Assembly (NCBI RefSeq): GCF_001194135.2
Contig: NC_068999.1
Span: 39,697,958-39,761,759 of the forward strand
Direction: 5' to 3'
From: Octopus bimaculoides
Lineage: Eukaryota
DNA length: 63,802 bases
Below are positions 11,314 to 24,116 of this stretch, piece after piece. Under the pieces are notes generated by a model that did not search any database, was not told the origin of the DNA, and saw nothing but the letters and a program-made list of their open reading frames with translations. How positions within the stretch are numbered: position 1 is the stretch's first letter; every line of letters starts with the position of its first letter. Position numbers and translations under genes: made by a program.

Positions 11314-13304
11314 GTGTTCGTGTGTATGTGATTGAGTGAGTGCATGAATGAGTGGCCGACTGACTGATTGATTGTTTGACTGGCTAACTGACTGAGTACG
11401 TCTATGCGCATGTATGTGGTCAAGCGCTAAGACAGTCTTTCTTTTTTTCTTATTTAAATATTATTTAGAAACCAGTTCCTCTACCAAACAATAGAATGAA
11501 TGGAGCTACAATAAGAGGCGAATTTGAATTAACTCCCTTCGTCGGTTATCTAATAAATACTAGAAATACAAAAGGGGATTGAGGGAATCAGCAATACCAG
11601 CTTCGATGGAAAAAAAAGTACAAGGTGAAAAAAAAACGTATGATTGGCCGTATGCCTACAGAAAAAGTTATCGATATCTGTGTATTCTGTTGAGCGATCA
11701 TTTGGAAGTCTGCCAATGTAAATGAACAGAAATAGGACATATATCAGATCAATCTGTTGTAATACAGATCACACACGTTCCATTTGTAAATATTTTATTT
11801 CATGTAATTTTGTCCTTTGCTCTCATGTATTGATATTCTTCCGATATAAGAGATACGATATATCTGGCTGTTTTTTTTCCTTCTTTGTTATTTATTATTG
11901 AGCAGCAAGTGTTTGATGTGAGAAAGACCATTACAATAAGCATAGAAGAGCTTAGATTAGTTTTGTATGTACCATTAATATAAGTAATAATTACTTACAT
12001 TGATAGGATCGGCATGGCAACAAGAGAATAGAGTAGGAGTCTGTATAGATGCCAAAAGTTTGTGGAAATTCTTTCTTTGACCTGGCACAACAAGTCAAGT
12101 AAATGTAGAGACTATGAAGGAATCATATTGTCACTGACAACAGAGAGATAATGTGGGAAATACTGTTGGGCTTAATCTACATATATCTCTTTTATAATGG
12201 CTGCGTTGGAGTGGGGAGAAAAATCACTGTATTTTGTTTAGAATCGTGTGATTAAAAATATACTGCCGTGAATGTGTTGAAAACAAATAGTAGGTAGCAA
12301 GTTCGAATACCTGTAACCCTGCATACATACATTCAAAATGACATAACGGATTCAAGTTACAATCAAAACTGAGAGAGCTAGATTAGTTTTGTTTATACAC
12401 AAATCAAATAGATCGATTTGGAATGTAAGTGATGAAATAGATGATATTGTGTATCCGTAATAGGTTTCTATGTATATCTTTTACAATATTATCCTCTATA
12501 TCCTTCCTTTCCAGTGAAGACACTATGTTAGTTGAGGCAGAAGCAGCTGCAGTTTGCAGCAGCTATTTCTGCCCTTACAGAAACTGCCGTTATTATAGTG
12601 TTTTTGCTTAAATCGCAATTCCCCTTTCATCATCATATGTAACTAAGCAATGCGATTTCCAACCTTTATGAGACACATTGCAAACATGTAAGGCACAATT
12701 GGCTGCTACCTGTAGCATAAACGTAGCTGCTCTTTCGAGCAGAGAGAATTACAATGCAACTGTCTTGGTTGTAGCATCTCAGTTTAATCGTTACTCATCA
12801 CTTATCGAAGATGGCCGAGCAATGACATTTCCAAGTTTAATAAGAATAATAATAAGTATTTAGGGGATCATAATTGTAACGGAGAATGGACAGCTCTTTT
12901 TGAACGCTCCACTAAAAATGCAGACGGTATGGTTGTTTTTGGTTAAGTCATTTATCCCCTTCCAACAAGAAGATCAAACATCAAATGTATTCAGTCAATG
13001 AAAATTATGACTTTTAATAGATAAGTACATAATACATTAAGGGAATTTGAAAGCTTTTTGTAGAGAAATATCTCTTATTTCTAACAGGTAGAATAAGCTC
13101 TTTTGTGGCTTAAATAGAAAGACGTACAGTTGCTTTACTATTATCTAATTTCTTAATCCGTTTGCATTCTCTAATGTCCCATATCTCTAGATGAATGGCG
13201 TGGAAAGTCATATCCACGCACATGCAAACATGAAAGGAAGTCAGATCAATCAGACCGAATGTGAGACGGCTATCATCTGACAAGGTTAATGAAGTACATA
13301 TAAG

Positions 13305-13338
<34 letters not shown>

Positions 13339-14000
13339 NNNNNNNNNNNNNNNNNNNNNNNNNNNNNNNNNNNNNNNNNNNNNNNNNNNNNNNNNNNNNN
13401 NNNNNNNNNNNNNNNNNNNNNNNNNNNNNNNNNNNNNNNNNNNNNNNNNNNNNNNNNNNNNNNNNNNNNNNNNNNNNNNNNNNNNNNNNNNNNNNNNNNN
13501 NNNNNNNNNNNNNNNNNNNNNNNNNNNNNNNNNNNNNNNNNNNNNNNNNNNNNNNNNNNNNNNNNNNNNNNNNNNNNNNNNNNNNNNNNNNNNNNNNNNN
13601 NNNNNNNNNNNNNNNNNNNNNNNNNNNNNNNNNNNNNNNNNNNNNNNNNNNNNNNNNNNNNNNNNNNNNNNNNNNNNNNNNNNNNNNNNNNNNNNNNNNN
13701 NNNNNNNNNNNNNNNNNNNNNNNNNNNNNNNNNNNNNNNNNNNNNNNNNNNNNNNNNNNNNNNNNNNNNNNNNNNNNNNNNNNNNNNNNNNNNNNNNNNN
13801 NNNNNNNNNNNNNNNNNNNNNNNNNNNNNNNNNNNNNNNNNNNNNNNNNNNNNNNNNNNNNNNNNNNNNNNNNNNNNNNNNNNNNNNNNNNNNNNNNNNN
13901 NNNNNNNNNNNNNNNNNNNNNNNNNNNNNNNNNNNNNNNNNNNNNATATATATATTAAACACGTGCACGCACACGTTTGTGTAAGTATGCACACACACAC

Positions 14001-14080
<80 letters not shown>

Positions 14081-16439
14081 GCGTGTGTTTGCGTGTACAT
14101 ATATGTGTGTGTTTATAGACATATATATATATATATATCAATTTGTATTTTATGTGTATGAGTGGTTGGTTTTCTCTATATGTATGCATTTCCCTGTTCC
14201 TTTGTACGGTTATAAATCCGAGGTCAAACAATGAGGATTATTTTGTTCTTTGACCTTCTTTTCTTTCTTGTATTTCTTTTCCTCTTTTCTTTTTTAGTAT
14301 TAATTCTTTTTTTTTTTTCATCGCTATGCAACAATTTGGAGATATTCCTTTTGAAATAAGACAACCTCAAATAAAGGGAGTTCATTTATTCCCCGAACGT
14401 TTTCCAAAGCTCTGTATCTGGGTTACGAGCAATGATGTGTAAAATTGATAATAATAATGAATATCATTATATATATTTTTTGTCAAATATATTTATATTT
14501 TTCCAATAAACATACAGATTTTCTGTTTGTACTGTTTTGGTTACCCCTTTTTCATTCCAATATTCCAGAATCCTGAATTCATAATAACTGTTGATTTTGT
14601 TTTGTTTTTTTCCCTGAAATTTCATATGAATTCTATTAACATTTTGTGAAATATATTTTTCGATTGTGGCTGAAAATACTCCCTTGATAATATTATAATA
14701 TATATTTGTTGCTTGGTTCTTAAATTATTGTTATGCAACCCGATTATTTTTTTGCTATTCATTGCTTCAAAGAATATTCGTAATGGATCAATGCAAAAAG
14801 CTTGTCAACTGCTAACCAATATCCACTCTTTGTGTCTCTCTGTCTCTCTCCATATGTATACTTGCCAATTATGGGTGTGCGCGCGTTCGTGTCTAATGAT
14901 ATATATATATATATGTATATACGTATATGTATATATTACGTATATATATATATATAAATATATACGTATATACACACACACACACACACACACANNNNNN
15001 NNNNNNNNNNNNNNNNNNNNNNNNNNNNNNNNNNNNNNNNNNNNNNNNNNNNNNNNNNNNNNNNNNNNNNNNNNNNNNNNNNNNNNNNNNNNNNNNNNNN
15101 NNNNNNNNNNNNNNNNNNNNNNNNNNNNNNNNNNNNNNNNNNNNNNNNNNNNNNNNNNNNNNNNNNNNNNNNNNNNNNNNNNNNNNNNNNNNNNNNNNNN
15201 NNNNNNNNNNNNNNNNNNNNNNNNNNNNNNNNNNNNNNNNNNNNNNNNNNNNNNNNNNNNNNNNNNNNNNNNNNNNNNNNNNNNNNNNNNNNNNNNNNNN
15301 NNNNNNNNNNNNNNNNNNNNNNNNNNNNNNNNNNNNNNNNNNNNNNNNNNNNNNNNNNNNNNNNNNNNNNNNNNNNNNNNNNNNNNNNNNNNNNNNNNNN
15401 NNNNNNNNNNNNNNNNNNNNNNNNNNNNNNNNNNNNNNNNNNNNNNNNNNNNNNNNNNNNNNNNNNNNNNNNNNNNNNNNNNNNNNNNNNNNNNNNNNNN
15501 NNNNNNNNNNNNNNNNNNNNNNNNNNNNNNNNNNNNNNNNNNNNNNNNNNNNNNNNNNNNNNNNNNNNNNNNNNNNNNNNNNNNNNNNNNNNNNNNNNNN
15601 NNNNNNNNNNNNNNNNNNNNNNNNNNNNNNNNNNNNNNNNNNNNNNNNNNNNNNNNNNNNNNNNNNNNNNNNNNNNNNNNNNNNNNNNNNNNNNNNNNNN
15701 NNNNNNNNNNNNNNNNNNNNNNNNNNNNNNNNNTATATATATATATATGTATATACGTATATGTATTCGGTTGTCTGGAAAGTTCGTGCCGATTTATAGT
15801 AGCTTACCTTACGACTTATTTTAAAACATGGCTGAGTCCATAAAATAGGATTTGACCACACCTCCATTTCAATCACAGTTTCAGCTACCTTTTCGTGGAA
15901 GAAGGTTTATGTTCCTATAACTTGTGTTAATTCTGTAACCCTTTAAAATGTGTCATGAGTACTGGTTTAATGCAAATAACAACAGTGTTCTGCTAGTACA
16001 GTTTCCAAAATGTGATGGCCACGGCGTGTCTTTTGATACTATGAAGACTCAACTGAAACATATTGCTCGTGAGATTCAAAAATCAAGCTACCACTGGTGC
16101 TAATGGCACAGATGAACGGAGTTTATGGTTATGAGTGCTCATGCATTGAGTCTCTTCTCTTAAATGTCGCTTTAAATCAGCAGAATCGTAGGCACTGATA
16201 GATTTTAAATCTGTGAATGGTGATGCAATAAGTGGCAGCGAAGAAGTAAGAGCTGTCATTCATTCCTAAGATATTTCATGCTCACGAACTGTAAATTGAT
16301 TCTTGATAACGTTCCTGTTAAAGATGAAATGTATAATGAAGATATGATCTTTATTTGTTATTCATTATCTTATTAATATAGTCTCGAGACGTGGGACAGT
16401 TCCTTCAGACCGGTTTTAGGCCATTATTCTTTGAATTTG

Positions 16440-16655
16440 TTTAGGAAATACTGTCAGATTAATGTCCATACAGGCATTGCTCTTTTGTCAGCTGTTGGCA
16501 AAGTTTTGGTGCGTATCATTTTTCTTAGTCGCCTGAATAAATCGTCGGTAAATGTTAGTTTTCTAAATCTCTGTTTGATTTTCTTTCCACGACAGGAACA
16601 ATTGCTTCGCTTTTCAAGGCATGATAGCTTATAGGAGAAGTGTGACACGCAAATC
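16440..16655 (+). pseudogene. Decayed non-LTR retrotransposon (RTE-like) reverse transcriptase fragment
   Basis: Translation HTGIALLSAVGKVLVRIIFLSRLNK ... L*EKCDTQ resembles the RT signature YRGISLLSxxGKxLARILxxRL...ESQCGFR...RQLQEKCREQ. Frameshifts and stops are present. Confidence 0.65.
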
Positions 16656-17344
16656 ATTTATTTATTCAAATTACATTTACCAAATCAGTGCATATAACAC
16701 TGAGACAAGGCTACATTTTCAGGAAACGCTTTGAAAATTAAATTTTATACAGGTAACTAAATGTTTTTGTGATCAAGTTTTAGAGAGGGACGATAATTTT
16801 GTCAAAAAAGGGTGCCGTCTTAACTCTTCTTCTTTCCTCATATTAGGCTGTGGCACTCGCTCATGATTCAGCATTAATCTCCTCCAATTTCCAAGGACTA
16901 ACTGTCAATATGAAAGATTTCAATATCTCATACGTGTGCGACTTAGCGCATACCACATACAATTAAGCAGTGTTTATATCGTGGCTGCGTGTTTTGTCTG
17001 CGAAAGTTATATTTCGAAATATTTTGTATAACTTGGGAAAATTAACAAAATGTAATTTGGAGTTCTATATAATAAAAACCTCGTGTTATTCTGCTCTGCT
17101 GAATAGGCTATCATTAAGTTAAATGTCAGAAGACGTCATACTGTATACATTATATAATGATATGGTGATAATCAGAACGGATAATATCAATCTGCGAATA
17201 TATTAATATCTGTATTAACAATACTGTGTAACGAATATTTTATTCATTAGTATAAGTTTCTAGATTATTTGCCACCTGTTATATATATATATTTCTCTGT
17301 TTGTGCTTTTCTGTCTGCCTCTCTATCATTCACTCACTCACTCA

Positions 17345-17389
<45 letters not shown>

Positions 17390-17429
17390 NNNNNNNNNNN
17401 NNNNNNNNNNNNNNNNNNNNNNNNNNNNN

Positions 17430-17482
<53 letters not shown>

Positions 17483-18368
17483 AATCACTCACTCACTCAC
17501 CCACTCACTCACTCTTTCAATGGATGAAAATAAGGAGTAAAAGAGAATATCGTTATTCTATATTCGGAAAGAGAGTCAACTGACGTTCCAGAAAATATCG
17601 TTTGTTCGCCACCCACACAAAGGTAAATTAGTGACGTATTTTATTCTGATGAATATTTGTCAAAAGCAGAAAACAAAATGACGATGTCCCGATGGTTTTA
17701 GTGAGAGAGCAAAATATAAATAACATCCAGTCTTTATTTAATTTTCAGCTTCGACGAGAATGTTTTGAGACGAAATATTAGCGAAAATAAGTGAAATAAT
17801 TTATTTAGCACCTCTCTGTACCACATAACTTTATGAATGCTTTTAACTTGTATAACAACGATTCTAAATACCGCACCAACCATTTGACTGCACCGGCAGA
17901 AACGTTCAACCTGAGAAACTGCCATAAAAAAATATAAACATAAATAAAACGAGGTGTGAACGAAATAAGAATGAGAAGCAAATTTACTAACGCCATTTGA
18001 AACCAGCATTTGGAATAAGATGTCAATGAGATTCATCTTCAACACTGAAAGGGAAGTCGGAGACTCCCGACTCTATATTTCGAAACGAAAATGAATAAAA
18101 CGTCAATAAGCTTGGGGTTCTTTTTTTTCTGAAAGTTTACCAAACAAATAATTTCATCGGCATTCCAAGAAATGGTGATTAATTTTCTGCTGCATTTTAG
18201 GTTGTTTACTCTGATATCACAGTGATATGGACTATTTATTAGAGTGAAGGAAGTGAACAGCATTTTGCAATCGTTTTTTGCACATGTGTAATATATAGCA
18301 ATTCATTAACACACACACACCGTGTAAGCAGACACAGACACACAGACACACACACACACACATCTATA

Positions 18369-18457
<89 letters not shown>

Positions 18458-19184
18458 ATGTATATATATGTATTACATACATACATATATATATTTATAT
18501 ATATATATATACACCAATATACATCATTAATTCGTGCGTGTGTGTATGTGTTTGTGCGTGCTAGTATAATATTATTTATTCATATAACTTGAAGTTTATG
18601 ATGAACGTTTAGAGAACTCTCCAGTAGTTATAACTACGTATATATTTCTAAATATCTCACACATTTCTTTCGTGTAAAAAGACTTGGTGCGATGACGTAT
18701 GCTGAGAGTATAGTAATAAAAAGTAAAAAAAAAAAGCTATTTTTCTTAAATAAATTGTTTACCTCCACCATCGCGTATTCTCTATATAGGATCTAATGGC
18801 AACTGCCAGTGTCTACCGTAGCATTTCTGCGACCTGGTCGCTGACGCAAGCTAGTTGTTTTTCGAAAACTAGTTACAGACCACATTCTATAGAATATGGA
18901 AGTTTCCTTTCCTTCTATATTTTTTCTTCTTTATGATAGAGCTATTAATTACATTTTTTTGCTTTAATCGTAGTAGTGCCTTAATGCATTTTAATTGGCA
19001 TTTTAATGAATGCAGTGTTTCATTCATGCATTCATTAATTACCAATGTATGTGTTCAACACCCTTATTATCACGGAATGCGTAGGTGTAATATGTCACAT
19101 TCAATTTCTCGTAGGTTCTGCTATCTGCATTACATTTTATGCCATGTGATTTGTTCATATGTGTGCCATCATTATTAGTAGTAA

Positions 19185-19403
19185 GGGGGAAGTGGCCAGC
19201 TACCAGAATCGTTAGAACACCGGGCGAAATGCTTAGTGGTAGTTCGTCTGTCTTCAAGTTCTGAGTTCAAATTCCGGCGAGGTCGACTTTCCATTGTAGT
19301 CGTAGTAAATGAAGTACCAGTGAAATACTGGGGTCGATGTAATCGACTACACCCCTCCCCGCAAAATATTTGATGCATTGTGCCTATAGGAGAAAGGATT
19401 ATT
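19185..19403 (+). mobile_element. SINE family A
   Basis: CAGAATCGTTAG head, B-box-like GAGTTCAAATTCC, GAAGTACCAG..TACTGGGGTCGATGTAATCGAC, ATTATT tail. Confidence 0.85.
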
Positions 19404-19411
19404 ACAAATAA

Positions 19412-19622
19412 TGTGGTGGCAGAATCGTTAGCACGACCGGCAAATTGCTAAGCAGCATTTCGTCTGACTTTACGTTCTGTGTTCAAATTTCACCGAGATC
19501 GACTTTGCCACTCATCCTATCGAGGTCGATAAAATAGATACCAGTTGAATACTGGGTTAACGCAATTAACTTACGCCCTCTCCGAAATGTCTAGCCTTGT
19601 GCCAAAATTTAGAAACATTATT
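19412..19622 (+). mobile_element. SINE family A, second copy in tandem
   Basis: GGCAGAATCGTTAGCACG head, GTTCAAATT box, GTCGATAAAAT..TACCAGTTGAATACTGGG, ATTATT tail. Confidence 0.85.
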
Positions 19623-20453
19623 GCTAACAACAGTCCTCTGTTCTTTACATTCTGAGTCCGGGGCCAATAATAAAATTTATTGCTATTGATGATATCAACT
19701 AACCCTGTCCACATACTCCTGACTTAATGTTAATGCTAGAAAGAATTCTTACTAATAATAGTAGAAGCAGTTATTTTTAGTATTTTCCTCCTGTGAGAAC
19801 TGGACATGTCTTTCTGGAGTGTGGTTTGCTATGTAATTATGCAATTTTAAAAGAATTACGTGTATTTTTTCATATCACATATGTATTTCATATTAGATTG
19901 TATTACATGTTAGCTAAATCTAACATAAATACCGCTAAAATGGGAAAAAAATCGTATATAACAATATGTCTATATGTAAAATGCATACAAATTGTCTACA
20001 GAGAGACAGGACATATGTAGATATGAACTACATTGCATTAGTGTTGACTAGTTTATGATTAAGATTATATTCTTGCTAGAATATGCTAACTAATTCAATG
20101 TCCCGATGCCAAGTCAGGTAACTGAATCGGTTTGTATAAGTACAATGTGTTATAGAAGACAATTCTCATATAACGAAATAATATCTATATACATAAGTCT
20201 TTGAAGTTTTATGAAAAATGTAAATAAACAGACGTCGTTACTAGGTTCGAAAGAAAAATCACATTAAACACCATTTTCTTCTCTCAATAGCGTCCATTAA
20301 ATATTTTATAAACTCACCAAACTACAATCCGGAAGAAATATTCCATGTCTACAACTCTGAGCAATAAAGATCAACAGTGTGTCGGTGTGAATACAATTCT
20401 AGATAGAATTTTCTTTTACATCTGCACGTTTATCTTCTCTTTCTTTCTCTCTC

Positions 20454-20499
<46 letters not shown>

Positions 20500-20814
20500 T
20501 CTCGCTCGCTCGCTCTCTCCCTCCTTCTATTTATGTCCACTTATACCCATATGTGTATGTGTACATGTAGGGATATATAGACACGTATATACATAAAATT
20601 ACGCGATCAGACGTATTTATGTATGTAAATATATATGTCCATCTAAATGTACACATACAAACTCGCACGCACACACATCCACACACACACATCCACACAC
20701 ACACACAAAAGCGCGCACATGCACGCACATATATACTCTCTCATTCTTTCATCTATCTCTCATTTTCTATCATGTAGACAGAATTAGGGTATTTGACAAC
20801 GACGGTGTTGCCGC

Positions 20815-21350
<536 letters not shown>

Positions 21351-21967
21351 ATCTTCCTCGTAAACAACTTTTGGCTATTATCAAGATAATATATCCACTT
21401 CTACGTGCCTACATCAAGTTATATAACAATCGATGTAATCAACCATTTGCTTAGACAGCAGCAAATCATTTCAAAGCAGACCGGTGCAAACTGGTCAATT
21501 CTTGTTAATGTTATCATATTATATTCCTCTAATCGAGTTTGTATCGTCTCCTTTGCTTACATTTATTGCAACAGTCCTGCTTTTTTCTTTCTTTTTTTTT
21601 TTCCTTTTTCTGTTTTATTTTTCATTCGTTTCTCTGAAATAGTTGGGTAGACATACTTTCTACAAATCCTAGCTCACCCGACTATTGTTAATAAATAATG
21701 GGGTGAGCGGCATTTTCTTGTAGGTAAATTCAATGGTGAGAAATATCAGCTACATTTCCTTCAGCAATACCATACCTGTTTTTTTTTGGAAACGGAAGAA
21801 CACATGATACAGTGTAAACCTAGATGTGCTATGCTTTTAAAATATAAATGAATGTTTTACTACTAGGATAGCTCTTTCATTATAGGTCCACACACATATA
21901 AATGGCACGGTCCTAAATCACGGCGCTACAATCATAAACACATCTTCCAACAACACCAGCTCCATCT

Positions 21968-22272
21968 GCAAAGTGTCTTCTACTATAGCCTCGGGCCGAC
22001 CAAAGCCTTGTGAGTGGAATATGTATATATGTATATATGCATGTATGTGTGTATATGTTTGTGTGTCTGTGTTTGTCCTCACTACATCGCTTGACTACCG
22101 ATCCTGGTGAGTTTACGTCCCCGCAACTTAGTGGTTCGGCAAAAGAGACCAATAGAATAAGTACTAGGCTTACAAAGTATAAGTCCGGGGGTCGATTTGC
22201 TCGACTAAAGACAGTGCTCCAGCATGGCCACGGTCAAATGACTGAAACGAGTAAGAGTAAAGAGTAAAAGAG
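21968..22272 (+). mobile_element. SINE family B (head missing; internal microsatellite; (GAGTAAAA)n tail)
   Basis: GTGTCTTCTACTATAGCCTCGGGCCGACCAAAGCCTTGTGAGTGG...AACTTAGTGGTTCGGCAAAAGAGACC..AGAATAAGTACTAGGCTT...GCTCCAGCATGGCC..GTCAAATGACTGAAAC. Confidence 0.9.
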
Positions 22273-22527
22273 TGAGAGTATGAAAGANNNNNNNNNNAGA
22301 GAGAGAGACTCGAAGTGCTGAAGTAGTACTTCATTTATTGTTCCAGAAACAGTGGAAGGCCGAGCTGATCACAATACCATCTGAATTCAGAGTAGCGGTA
22401 ATATACTAGTAAGAACTAATAGTACCTCAAACGATTCTGAAATTTCAGTTAGGAGCCACCATATTAGACATCACCTCCTCACTACCACTACTACTGCTAT
22501 CACTGCCATCACAGTTTGAATGAAGAA

Positions 22528-22724
22528 TACTATTTTCTATTCTAGGCAGAAGGCCCTAAATTTGGGGGAAAGGGAGCCAGTCGATTAGATCGACCCCAGT
22601 ACGCAACTGGCATTTAATTTATCGAAACCGAAATGATGAAAGGCAAAGTCGACCTCAGCGGAATTTGAACTCCGAACGTAGCGGTAGACGAAACACCGCT
22701 AAGTATTTCACCCGGCGTGTCAAC
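22528..22724 (-). mobile_element. SINE family A
   Basis: CCAGTCGATTAGATCGACCCCAGTACGCAACTGG...GGCAAAGTCGACCTCAGCGGAATTTGAACTC is the reverse complement of family A. Confidence 0.9.
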
Positions 22725-24063
22725 TGTGGTCTTTCTATCTACAAGGAATAGTAGCTAAAGCTCATTCATGTCATATTATCGCTTGTTCTTAAAATACGTA
22801 TTAAGATTTTGCACGCCGGGTTGAATAAGAAAAGAACGTCAAATGACAATAAAGGAGGTTATACTAAAAATCTAGTGATTATACAGGCTGTAGCAGGAAA
22901 CAAATCCTCTCATATCTTACTAGTATGGTTGTGAGGAAACTAGGCAGTGGGTGATGGTGACTTTAGGTAGGTAACGGTTCATCTTTTTCTTTCTTTTTCA
23001 CTAATAAACATGATGTGGATCCGTTGGTCTTTTGTTTAATCGTTTGTCAACATGTACAAATAAGGTTTATTTCATTATAATACCTTTTTGCTGCGCAGTA
23101 AAAGTTCTCTCGGCGAGAGCTAAACAGAGGAAACACAACAACCACCACAGAAGCATCAACAAAATTTCTTCTGAGATATTTCTAGTATTATCTACCTATT
23201 CACGTATTCGAAAGAAATTGCAGATTTGAAAAAGTAAAGGAGAAAAAATATAAAAATACATTATAGTAAAGAAACAAAATTTGGATCAGAGAATTAAGTT
23301 CCAGGATTCAAGAATATTGTTTTGGTTGGTAGCCAATACTTTGGTGACGTTCCAAAGCTGGTTTTAATTTTACCAATTCTTAATACAATCTGATTTATGT
23401 AAGCCGCATAAAGTTTTGTGGTGTGCGATAATTTGTTACAAGTGAAGCAGAGCTATGTTCTATGTGAGAGAGAGAGTGGGGGAGGGGTGAAAGGAGACAC
23501 AGGAGGGGAATTTTAATCATTCGATGACAAATACAGACCCGATTCAAAAAAAAAAAGACGCAAAACATATAATGAGAAATATAAGATTCTATGTACACAT
23601 ACTTATGCGTAGGCGCTCACAGGCACACACTCTCCCAAAATATGATAAACGTGTGAATAAGTGCTTAGGTCTGCCTGTGCGTGTATGGATATATAAATAC
23701 ATGTTTGTCTCTCTCTCTATATATATATATGTGTATGTGTGTGTGTTTGTGTGTGCGCGCGCGCGTATGTATTACTGTACATAAATGCCTCGCGCTAGGA
23801 GGGACTCTTCGGGAATTTCATTCCCTCCCGTTCGGTACAATGTCTTTATTATGGTAGTTTTGACTTTAAGAGCGTGCGGAATTTATGTATAGTAATGCCA
23901 TTGTATATATAAATAAATATATTTAAAGGGAATAATTAATAAATTTATCCTATTTTAAAATTATATATATATTATTATATAAATTATATATATATATATA
24001 TATTTGTGTGTGTGTGTGTGTTGTGGGTGCGTGTGTATCTATCTATCTAGGTGTATATCTATG

Positions 24064-24116
<53 letters not shown>

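Noticed and set aside
12536-12573. 15-bp GC-rich hairpin as a pre-miRNA
   Set aside because: Too short (38 nt with a 3-nt loop) for a typical precursor.
21887-22010. Exon-like frame VHTHINGTVLNHGATIINTSS... ending at GTGAGT
   Set aside because: The donor lies inside the SINE B sequence and is present in all such copies; there is no transcript evidence.
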